From Octopus vulgaris (taxonomy: Eukaryota), in the NCBI GenBank assembly GCA_951406725.2, contig OX597821.1, positions 10,292,001-10,356,000 of the forward strand: a DNA stretch of 64,000 nucleotides, in the 5' to 3' direction. Both the position numbers and the translations under genes were made by a program. Numbering within the stretch: the first letter of the stretch is position 1; each line of letters opens with the position of its first letter. Positions 52,283 through 64,000 of this stretch are shown here, piece after piece. The notes beneath the pieces are model-generated. The model did not search any database. It had not been told where the DNA came from and was given only the letters and a program-made list of their open reading frames with translations.

Positions 52283-53840
52283 TTGCTATGGGTACAAGGG
52301 CAGCACCAGTCATTGCGAACGTAACAATGGGATACATGGAAATAATCATTTACCAAGAATCTCTATCAATCTTTGGAAACTCCCTCTCTCAATACATAAA
52401 AGAGAATTGGAAACGATTCCTAGACGATTGTTTCATTCTCTGGAATGAAAACATAGATAAACTCCTAAAATTTAAAAACCTATTGAACAGCATAAACCCA
52501 AATATACAGTTCACAATGGAATACAACCAAAAGGAGCTCCCGTTCTTGGATATACTAATTAAAAAAATTAACCTTAAAATAGAAACAGACATTTTTTACA
52601 AAGCCACAGACGCCAAACAATACCTTCTTTTTAATTCATGCCACCCAAGACACACTAAAACAAGCATCCCCTTCAACCTTGCAAGAAGGATATGCACAAT
52701 AGTGTCAGAACAAAATACCAGGAACTTTAGACTGCAATAACTCAAAAACACCCTAATTGACAGACATTACCCAGCTCAACTCATAGAGGATGGGATCAGA
52801 CGTGCAACAGAAATCAACATAGAAACTTTAAGAAAAGTTCAACACAACAACACACCTTCCCCGAAAATACTACCTTACATATCTACATACAACCCCAGAA
52901 ACAAAGAAGCCTTCACCATCATCACCCAGAATTTACCAAGACTTCATAAAAACCCAAAATTACAGGAAATTCTAAACATACACCAAATCATTAAAAGCTA
53001 CAAACAGCCTAAATCACTTAAAAAGATTCTCACAAAGGCAAAATTGTCTTCTGAAATTACGGATGCAAAAGTAAAAAAATGTGGTAGATCGAACTGTGCA
53101 ACATGTCCTAACCTATTGGAAGGATCAGAATTCTTCTTTAAAGAGGGACAGAAATTCAAGATCAAATCTAACTTTACTTGTGCCTCTGAAAACATAATTT
53201 ATGTCATTAAATGCTCGGGCTGCCACCAAGACTACGTGGGTTCCACGGGACTATCACTCAGGCGTAGATGCACACTGCATCGACAACAGATTGCATTCCC
53301 AGAATATAGAATGATACCTTTTAGTGAACACATTGAGAAATGCGCAAAGCAACTACTGCCACAATTTTTAATCTTCCCATTTTACCAATGTGCTTTCGGA
53401 TCATCAAGACAAATGAGACTGAACAAGGAAACATTCTTCATTGAAAAGTACAAACCCAGACTCAACCATCCGAACATACTGACACAGAGAAATTAACAAG
53501 GGAAAGGAAAAAAAATTTTAAGCGATTATCTCCCTTACACCGGAAGAAATCACTCACTACCTCCCCTTATTTAGAAATCTCCTGAAAATAAACACAACGA
53601 TAACTCCATGCAATATAAACATAACGTCACAAGAAATTTGAAAAGCTACACGCGAAACCGGTATTTCTTTAAAAATTATAAAATTATGTCATTTTAAGGA
53701 AAGGAAAAATATTTTTCCAATATTCTCCAGACATTTTGACACAAATATATATATTTTTTAACATTTAAGCCTTCTGTCGTTTTTTCACTCTTTACTATTT
53801 TCTTATATATTCACCCACGTGTTTTACCAAACAAACTTTC
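52283..53840 (+). mobile_element. 5'-truncated Penelope-like element, Neptune-like (RT C-terminal half, thumb, Cys linker, GIY-YIG, tail)
   Basis: IAMGTRAAP, RFLDDCF, LPFLD, SCHP; CGRSNCATC linker; IIYVIKC..C...YVGSTG..LRRR. One frame from 52283 to 53496 with a single TAA at 52738-52740. (TA)n on both flanks. Confidence 0.95.
53631..53669 (+). ncRNA. Putative minimal hammerhead, U3:A8 variant, in the PLE tail
   Basis: AAGAAA-T-TTGAAAA-GC TACAC GC-GAAA-CCGG-TA-TTTCTT: 6-bp stem I, 2-bp stem II, ACCGGT palindrome, GUA triplet. Confidence 0.6.
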
Positions 53841-53845
53841 TTATC

Positions 53846-53905
<60 letters not shown>

Positions 53906-55593
53906 TGTGTGTGTTTGTGTGTGCGAGTGTCTGTGTGTCTGAGTTTGTATGTTAGCGTATGCGTGTTGGGGAGTATGTATATATCTATGTATATGTGTAT
54001 GTGTGTGAGCCTGCGTGTGTTCCTCTGTATCTATGTTTAGCTATGGGTGTTAGAAGTGTGTGGAAGATGGTACGGGAAGGAAAGGAATATCCCATACAAA
54101 CGGTACATGGGATCGGAGGGAGGTGTAGCAATATTGAAGGTGAAATGTAGCAGCGGTGGATCTACGGTGCGCGGCCAGGTTGAAGACAGTGCGCGTGTAT
54201 GTGTGTGGGCGTGTGTCTACTGTATAGCTGCATGTATGTATGTCGAAATAAAAAAACATATCTGAACGTATGTGGTGTGTCTGAACAAAATCTATGATGT
54301 AAAATGTTTTGCTGTTGGATGCTAATATTAAATATAATACCACTATATACATTTATATATGAAGAATTATAATGGAATATATATCTTAATTAGAGTTGCA
54401 AAAATTGTCTTGAGGCAATAAAATTTAAAGATTGCTTTTAATGTGTAAGTCTGCCAGCGTTTTCATTATAAGCTTTCATATCTACTAAATTATGCATTTA
54501 TATATGTATCCATGTAACAGAAGAATTAAATACGTTAAATAACGGATAAGAGGAGAAGATAGCTAATAATTGGAGCGCAGGTATTTTAAAGATAGTGAAC
54601 ATATAGATTTCATGTATAAATACTTGAATTCAAATGTATATGCAAACGACGCACACATACACACACCTATATGATTATGCCTACATCATGAAATTCGATA
54701 CGTGATATTGGAAATGGTGCTTAAAACTGTTGCATCTTCTTCTTAAAGGCTATAGACATATCTATTGCTTTAAAATTATTTTATTAATTTTTATCTTAAA
54801 AATTAAGATCATATACTTGTAAATAAACGGAAGGTATTTTGTTATAATATCTATAGCATTTTTAATCTTCGGCATTTGCTTGTATACATGGTAATTATAC
54901 CAAAGTCACATGCATGCTGGTCGTCATATTTTAAATAGTGACATTAACTGTTTTTCCATAATAATTCAGAATTATATGCGAGGAATTTTGCTGTAACTTT
55001 TTGTGCTAAAAATTCTAGAAAATCACTTTTTGTGCTAAAACGTTGTGTACTAAAGTCATACGATTTTCATTGAGAAAAGTTAAAAGAAAAATACCTGCAT
55101 GTATATTCGTTTGAACTGCAGTCATATGAATGTGTGTGGTGTATGTGAAAAAAATTACATTTGGAATAAATAATTTTCTATGCATTTAAACGCTATTCAG
55201 TCGGATGCTAACGTTTAGTGTAATAATGCTACAGACTTTTATACATCCAATATTATATTGGAATACATATGTTGGATATAGAAGAGAAATTGTCTGCAGG
55301 GAATAAAATTTAAACTTAAATTTTAATGTGAAACTATCCGTCTGTCTATGTGCGTAGTTTCATAATAAGCCTTCATCCTAACTAAATTATGCATTTATAT
55401 ATGTATCAGTGTAAGAGAAACATTAAATGCGATAAATAACGGATAAATGGAGAAGACAGTTAATAATCGGAGGACATTTATTTTAAATTTAGCGAACATG
55501 TTGATATCATATATAAATTCTTTAATTCAAATGTCGATCCATGTGATGTACATCAACGCATCATAGATACGCAATGACATCCATGTATGCGTG

Positions 55594-55628
<35 letters not shown>

Positions 55629-56399
55629 ATAATTCACAAAAAGCAAAAGACGTGAACAAGTGGTGTAGACAACAGACAAATGTATTAGTATAATGCTTGG
55701 GAAGTGAAATTGCTTTTAACGTTTCGAGCCTACGCTCTTCCGTAGAGAGGAACACAGAAAGAAACAATGAGAGAAAAAATATATATTGTGGAAACAGGGA
55801 GGACACCAGAATTCTGGAAATTGTTTTTTCTTTATTCATTATTATTAACGAACAGGTTGTTCATTTATATAAATCAAGTGTTATATTTTTGCTTTGTTCA
55901 GAAAAAGAGAACATTCTTTTTGGTTGATTTGATGGGTGTGGCTCCAGGACAATGGAGATAGTTTTATATAGATAAGAAGACAGATAGATAAAAAGATAGA
56001 TATACAGATATATAAACAAACAAATATATCGGTAGAGGGAGGGATTACTTTTCAATTTATGAATGTATTTACCATTTATTCGTTTATTTATTTCAGTTTC
56101 TTACCATTGTACACCTATTGACATGGTTTTATCGATGGTGACCTCTCCAAGATGTCGATTTTAGGATGGGGAAAATAATGATAAAAGGATGAAGTGCAGT
56201 TATCACTAAAAACATGTTTTTGTTTTTCTTAAGGTGCCGGAAGGAAGATAAGAGAATTTATGATAAAATAAATATATATTTTTGCGCATGTGTGTGTGAG
56301 TGTGTTTGTGTGTGTGTGTATGTGTTTTTCATTTTGGGGCTTTGTAGTCTAAGTTCGATTTTATCCAAAGAGCTGTGTGTGTTAACTAACGGAATCGTG

Positions 56400-56960
56400 T
56401 GTTCATTACTTCTGCTCCTTGATGTTCTGTTTCATCACCTTTTTAATTCCCTCATCAATTAATGTTAAGGGTTATCTCTGTATTGTGATGAAGACTCTCA
56501 ATTCGTTGAGTCGGACATCACGTATTTTGGTGGTCACTCACTATACTACAGATACTCTAACCATGCTGTATGGGATGTTCTTTTTGATGTGAGATGGATG
56601 GCAAGAATAGAAATTTAAATATTGGTATGTGTTAGATTTTTTATAATATATATCTGTTATCACTGTGGAGTTCTGTATCTTTATGTGCATATCCAGGAAT
56701 GGTAATTCATTGCAACTGGTTTCTGTCGTGAATTTGATAGATGCTGTAGTCTGTTCAGTATATTGTTAATTTACTTAGGTCTTCATTTGATCTGTCCCGA
56801 AGGATGAAGCCAAAGATGAAACCAAAATATTGATTTGTGTTAATGAAAAAACACATTTCACATAGAATATTATTTGACAAGTTTGAAGATAAATGAAAGT
56901 GCAAATGCAAATGAATAGATATTTTTTCCAAAATTCTGGCGACCTCCGTTTTTCTCACTA
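56400..56960 (-). mobile_element. PLE RT remnant
   Basis: SIKFTTETSCNELPFLDMHIKIQNSTVITDIYYKKSNTYQYLNFYSCHPSHIKKNIPYSM. Confidence 0.85.
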
Positions 56961-57030
56961 TTCAATATCGCTACACCATTTCCAATATTCTATACATACA
57001 TAGATACATACAAATATATATATATACATC

Positions 57031-57340
57031 AGACACCCCTTTCGGTCACGTATGACTATGGTATTGCACCTAGAAAGTTACCCTCCAAGGCACAAAACCG
57101 GGCAAAGTTGTTTATGGAAAACAAGCAGTCGCCTATGCATACAAGCCTCCTCTCTCCACGCCACCGATGTTATCCAAGGGAAAGGGAAAGACAAAGCGCG
57201 ATGCATCGTGGCACCAGTGACGTCACAAATCATTTCTACAGCTGAGTGACCTGGATCAACGTGAAAAAAGTGTCTTGCTCCGGGATTCGAACTCATAAAA
57301 TTACGGTCGTACCTTCGACGTTCTAACCACTGAGCCATAG
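57031..57340 (-). mobile_element. SINE family C
   Basis: Collinear with 14510-14850, with a short internal deletion. Confidence 0.85.
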
Positions 57341-57342
57341 TC

Positions 57343-57882
<540 letters not shown>

Positions 57883-57912
57883 ATATATTTACGCACACAT
57901 ATATATGTATAA

Positions 57913-57972
<60 letters not shown>

Positions 57973-58316
57973 TTATTTATTAAATATCATTGTAATATAA
58001 AAGTATCACTCTCCGGACAAAAATCTCACCGTAGAGTTAGAATTATGAACAAGCAATAGTGGTATGAAATTTTAAAATAGCAGTACATCATGCCAGTATA
58101 TTCGGCTGAATAAATATCTGTTAACAAAAGAGGAAGTACGAGACACGGGTCCTCGACTATCCTGCGTTGTCCATGCAAGAAGGAAATGTTTTAAGTTCGC
58201 TGCCCGCATATATCTTTACCAGTATATATTTCAGTGAAGCTTTACATAGCATGGCACCATTACTGACTGCTATTTTTAGCAATCATTGGTGCCATGTCGT
58301 ACCACTTTTTCTCATA

Positions 58317-58395
<79 letters not shown>

Positions 58396-58643
58396 AATGT
58401 AGGATAACATTTTTTTCGAAAAAAATTATTTTCCACCCAAAATTTTATCAATGGCCAGCATATTAAAAAATACCTTTAAAGGTTAAAATTATAAACAATT
58501 CATAAATAAGGGCAAACGAAAAAATTTTTGCGTATTGTGAAAAAATTATATGGTTAATGGACAATATGTCCAATTTTTCGACATATTAGGCATTAGAAAT
58601 TTTTTCGTTTGCCCTTACTTATGAATTGTTTATAAATAAATAA

Positions 58644-58680
<37 letters not shown>

Positions 58681-59194
58681 TGTATGTCTGTATGTACATA
58701 TGAAATACGATACGTGAGATATGAGACAATGTTTAAAACAGTGTTGCGTCTTCTTAGAGTCTATGGATACAGCTGTTCCTTTAAACATGTGAACTTAAAA
58801 TTTAAGAACATATATTTGTAAATATCCCGAAGGTATTTACAAATCTTATAGTATATATATATATATATATATATATATAACATTTTTCTTCTACATTTCT
58901 TCGTCTACATGCTAATTATACGAAGGTAATATGAGATGCTGTTCGGCGTATTGTAAATACTGATGTTAACATGTTTTTCCACGATACTTCAGATCCATCT
59001 GCAATGAAATATGTGGTTAACTTTTCGTGTAAATTTTTCTGTTTACTAAACTCACACAGTTGCCATAAATGGGGTGAAAAGAGGATTCATGTGCACAAAA
59101 TGTCGCACAGGAGATTCTGACTTTGAAATGCCGTTTGTACGAAGCGAAACATGTCACCATATTTTTAACCACACAACCAAGTCTCTTCTTTACG

Positions 59195-59250
<56 letters not shown>

Positions 59251-59261
59251 TAATAATAATA

Positions 59262-59512
59262 AGAAATTCAAAAGATAGTGCTCATGGGAACTGCTCCTAT
59301 CCTACGCAAAATACTCTCTATGTAATCCCAAGGTTTAAAACAAACTTTTTTATTTATTTATTTATTTATTTTTTTATGTCTTAGACATTCACTAGTACAA
59401 CACCAAAAGAAAAAAAAAAACCAAATATATGGCACAGAACTTCCAACCTGTTGTCTCTTGAGGTCTCTGGGTGAGACTTGGAGCCAACTTGTACAGACAT
59501 AAAGCAAAAGTA

Positions 59513-59514
<2 letters not shown>
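59262..59514 (+). mobile_element. Very short R4/Dong-clade 3' end in (TAA)n
   Basis: EIQKIVLMGTAPILRKILSM* matches EVQKIVLTGTSHVLRRALSM* at 47.8 kb. Long TAA arrays on both sides. Confidence 0.85.
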
Positions 59515-59590
<76 letters not shown>

Positions 59591-59612
59591 TAATAATAAT
59601 AATAACAATAAC

Positions 59613-59649
<37 letters not shown>

Positions 59650-59720
59650 TACCTGTATGTATGTATATATGTACGTATCTATCTATCTATTTACCTATAT
59701 TCTTATCTATCTATCTCTAT

Positions 59721-59758
<38 letters not shown>

Positions 59759-60349
59759 GTATATACAAACACGCACACAGAGAAGGTGATAGATAGATCA
59801 ATAGATAGTTGATAAATAGATAGATAAAACAGATAGTCAAAGAGACAGATACATACATACATACACGTGTATATACGGATGTTTGTATGTATACCCCACT
59901 GAATTTCTCTGGGAATATATCGTCTTCAGATATCTGAATGATTGCTGTAAACATCTCATGCCACCTCGCTCTGACCATTAATTCTCAGTTCTTCTCAGTA
60001 ATGTATGATTACAATGAATTTAGACAGAAGTGAGCACGATACAATTGCAGTTCATATACTCTTTTAATTTTCCATGGAAATAATGGGAAGCAGCCTAATA
60101 TTACCCCCTTAGAATCTGAGGATATCTCATTCGTATACTCGCTAGAAATCAAAATTGTTGAATATATGTTTTTCCATGATATATTTTTATCGTACAAGTT
60201 GCTTTTAAGAAATATGTATTGTAATGTAAGAATAAATAATGCCCGTCATCTCACACTAACAGGCAATGAAATGCACTCATGTTATTCAATATCTCATTTT
60301 TTTCTTACCTATGGGTATTTCATCCAATTTGTCTCCTTATTTTTAATAT

Positions 60350-62500
60350 GATAGGACGTAATAATTGGCTGATGTTTCTCGTAGCTCAATCCACCACGCA
60401 AATGATCTGTCGATGACACCTTGCGATCACTATAACCTTTTAGTCTATAACAATGTTCATTTCTCTGTCAGGAATTTGCAGTAAATTTATTAGTGCTTCT
60501 CATTAATTTGGTAGTTCCGCATTTTGCTCCTTTCACTCTGTCAACTTGTTAAAGACTATTCGACACACGTCAAAGTTCTCAGAAAATTTCGAGTAGAATT
60601 CCCTGGTTTTCTAAAATAGAAATACTACAATTACTTTCATAAAAGACCCGATCGTAATCAAAATGTTTTTTTTTTTTAATAACGGATAAACTAATATTGT
60701 TTAGTAATGTGGGAATGGGCTACACCGAAGTAGTCACACACACATACAAACATACAAGCACACAGTCACAAACACAATCAAATGAAAGCCGTAGCACTAC
60801 GTGTGTTTCATCATCTTTTATGTCTCATTTGCATAGATACAATTGTTCACAGAGAGACTTGTACAACAGCCATGCAAGATCCGACCATCGAATTTCCAGC
60901 TTCATCCATTACCAAAATTTGCTAGGTACTACACGAAGCCTCCTCTGATTATTTGAAAGTACAGCTATGTACCTTATAGTAGGTGACGTCACATGTTATA
61001 TTCTAACATGTGTATACCGAAAATTATGATTAAACGGAGGATTTTAATACCCGCAAATATACATTCAAAATCTAGTAAGATTTTTTCTACATATACAAGC
61101 AATGAAATCTAAATTTGCTTTATACACTTGCAAAATTATTTAGTATTGTTAAACTATATCATTTTAATAGTCATTACATCGTTTTATTCTTGTACTATCA
61201 CAGAAAATCTATTCTTTAATTTCTCTGTTTTTATTCTAGATTTCTTGAGAGTTTTTGTAACCTCATTCATGAATTTCAATTACAATAATCGCATATTTGT
61301 AAGCGGTATATATATATTTTTGTGAGATCTACTGTGATTAATAATGGGAAATCTATATATTTGATTAGAATGCCAAACTGATTTATAATTTAAATTTATT
61401 CATCAAGGTTAGTATTAACAAATAAATCTCAGGGACATTACATTGACTTGCGATTGTTAAAGATAGAACTAATCGTGTTGGCCTTGTTCCAATGTAGTAA
61501 GCCACTTTTATAAAACTTGTGACATCGTTCTAATATAACAAATTAAGTTTTAACATTAGGAAAGGAATAAATACATCACATGATGTTATGTGCTTTAATA
61601 ACGCAGTGATAGACATTCGCAAATCATTTTCCGAATAAAACATGCATTCGAATAGTAGCCTGTATTCATTCATTCAGTACCAATGCCTTCTACTTACACA
61701 TTCCGTCTGTAACGTATTGCCATCCACATCTTGTTCAAACTATTTAATTATCGTCCAAAATATAAAGCCTTCTTCGCAGTATTCCAGGAATGACTTGTAC
61801 TTCAAGAGTTCGTATACCTTCATTGGTAATTTTCTAAACAAACCGTAATTTGTAAAAATATTTGGACCACCAATATTCATTAAGCACTTTTCATGTTTTA
61901 TGAGAACAATCCTCCGAATTATGAATAAACTATGTGTTAGGGTATTTTATATTGACACAAATGTTGGCAATGTTCTGAACGTTGAAAAACACTTATAAAA
62001 CAGCTATTGTTTGTGTGGAATAACTCAGAGAGTAAATATCAATAAGTTATTCATACTGTGTTTCTTTTACTTCTTAGCCTGCATGGCACTGCGACCGCCA
62101 AAGCAAAATAAAAAAAAAAAGATCCAGCGTTCATAATTTGAAGAGGTATTGCGTTGTTCAATAAATCCGTAGTAGTTACAGATATTCACACACAAGGAAA
62201 TTTATCTCCTTCATCTGGATGTTCTCTCTAATTGCAGCAATTTTAAATAACACACTAGAAAACGTGAAGGCATACCAACAAATGAATTATAATGGCTCAT
62301 AATCCATCATATAAACTAACACACAATATCATGACACGCAAAAAATGGCATGTTAAAAAAACTTACCTGCATTCAAAGTTCAGCTTCCTAAACCTATCAG
62401 TATTTAAAATTTTCTCTATATCTATATTCATGAACAAAATCCCAATTGAAATACAAAGACAACCACTCACATCCAACACTCTATGATTATAGAGTTTCGT
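60350..62500 (-). pseudogene. Possible heavily decayed Polinton/Maverick-type protein-primed DNA polymerase B
   Basis: Motif-like fragments occur in the expected order across frameshifts: KFPC, NIGGPNIF, DVDGNTL...MNTGYY, CDVFIP, LTKIY, KFMNEVT, RKPG, LRGGLSY. Read by eye only. Confidence 0.4.
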
Positions 62501-62909
62501 ATGAAAGCATAATTGCATAGACACAAACACATGAGTACGATTGAAGCTGGGATAGGAAATCGATCAGTTGTAGATCAACATCGGCTCACGTAATGCTATG
62601 TCAATAATTTTTATATAAATAACATGAATATTATATAAAATCTTCCTGTTGATAAAGTTTTAGGTAATGAATGCTTCATGTAATAATGAATAAACAAAAA
62701 TATAGTAATGCGTTTTTCAAATATCGACGTTTATTCTGCTCCTCTCCCAAATATATGTATCAGCTCACGTGCTAGCGCGGATGAGTAGTCCTGGAATAAT
62801 GATAGTGCATATCCTCTTCTGCGTGCGGATTTTTCACTGATTTCCCTCTCTGGCTTATAATAGGTATAGGTTGAAAGTATCTTTACTTTAAATATATGTA
62901 TGTGGGTTA

Positions 62910-62966
<57 letters not shown>

Positions 62967-63119
62967 CTCAAATACACATATTATATAGAATGCACCAGAA
63001 AACAAACATCAAGGTTAAGAATCAATATATAGTGCACAGAAACGGTCCTTTATGCTTAATTATAATTCAGAACGATAATTAATGATCAATACACACGTAC
63101 ATGTACGTGGTAAGCAAAA

Positions 63120-63269
<150 letters not shown>

Positions 63270-63569
63270 ATGCCCTGATGCAGTAACAGGTTGTGGCTCT
63301 CATAGCTTTTGATCTTATCTGATTGGAAGTGTTCTCATGTACAGGTTTTGTTTTCGTATAAAATATGTGATACAGCAAATATTGAGATCAACACCATAGA
63401 TTTACTTCTCAATCTTTATATGAGGTCACCATGTCACGCACATATTGTTGCGATGCATGTACCTAGCGTACACTTATCACACGGGTATTCACGATGGGTA
63501 TATTGGGCTTCAGATATTTCCACCCTAGTCTTGATATGATGGCGTGTACTGCTCTCTCACTCAAGAATG

Positions 63570-63570
<1 letters not shown>
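63270..63570. mobile_element. Block of about 300 bp embedded in long (TAA)n arrays; probable non-autonomous or deleted retroelement
   Basis: Complex sequence with sharp boundaries between TAA arrays at 63122-63268 and 63568-63745. Confidence 0.45.
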
Positions 63571-63633
<63 letters not shown>

Positions 63634-63640
63634 TGATGAA

Positions 63641-63747
<107 letters not shown>

Positions 63748-64000
63748 CGACGACGACGATGATGACGATGACGATGATGATGATGATGATGATGATAGTA
63801 GTTCAAGATCAATGCTTGCCAACAAGGAACTACCAGGCCAACATATTAAAGAATGACATTAGCTCAAAATGTGTATGTCAACTACAAAATGAAACCATTG
63901 ATCATGGTGTATCCGTGTGCAGTCGTCTGGCGCATACAGCGTATCACAACAGGCATGATAAAACTGCCCAACATATTCAATGTGTAATTTTCAAAAACCT

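Noticed and set aside
55713-55750. Minus-strand GAGC-GTAG-GCTC-GAAACGTT motif
   Set aside because: Stem II, GAAA and the ACGT palindrome are present, but the CUGANGA half is destroyed. Counted only as a dead relic.
58405-58460. Minus-strand TTGATAA...GAAA as another U3:A8 hammerhead
   Set aside because: No stem III palindrome or stem I could be formed.

Overview
AT-rich eukaryotic genomic DNA with no host protein-coding exon that I can support. The three recurring tRNA-headed SINE families and the extreme (TA)n/(CA)n/(TAA)n load look like an octopus (coleoid cephalopod) genome; this is inference from remembered repeat families. The window is a stack of mobile elements. It holds at least seven Penelope-like element (PLE) pieces, one with a single nonsense codon across about 400 codons of RT plus GIY-YIG. 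It also holds R4/Dong-type LINE ends sitting in (TAA)n, CR1/Jockey-group LINE remnants, Tc1/mariner remnants, SINEs with target-site duplications, and a probable decayed Polinton-type protein-primed DNA polymerase. The main hidden signal is RNA-level: about ten minimal type-I hammerhead ribozyme (HHR) motifs, intact or decayed, most with a palindromic stem III. They include a near-perfect HHR in a 640-bp fold-back element (17.4-18.0 kb), an HHR fused to a tRNA/Pol III head (9.5-9.8 kb), and a recurrent U3:A8 core variant. Nearly all ORFs in the supplied track are microsatellite artefacts. All structures were read by eye and need computational and biochemical confirmation.
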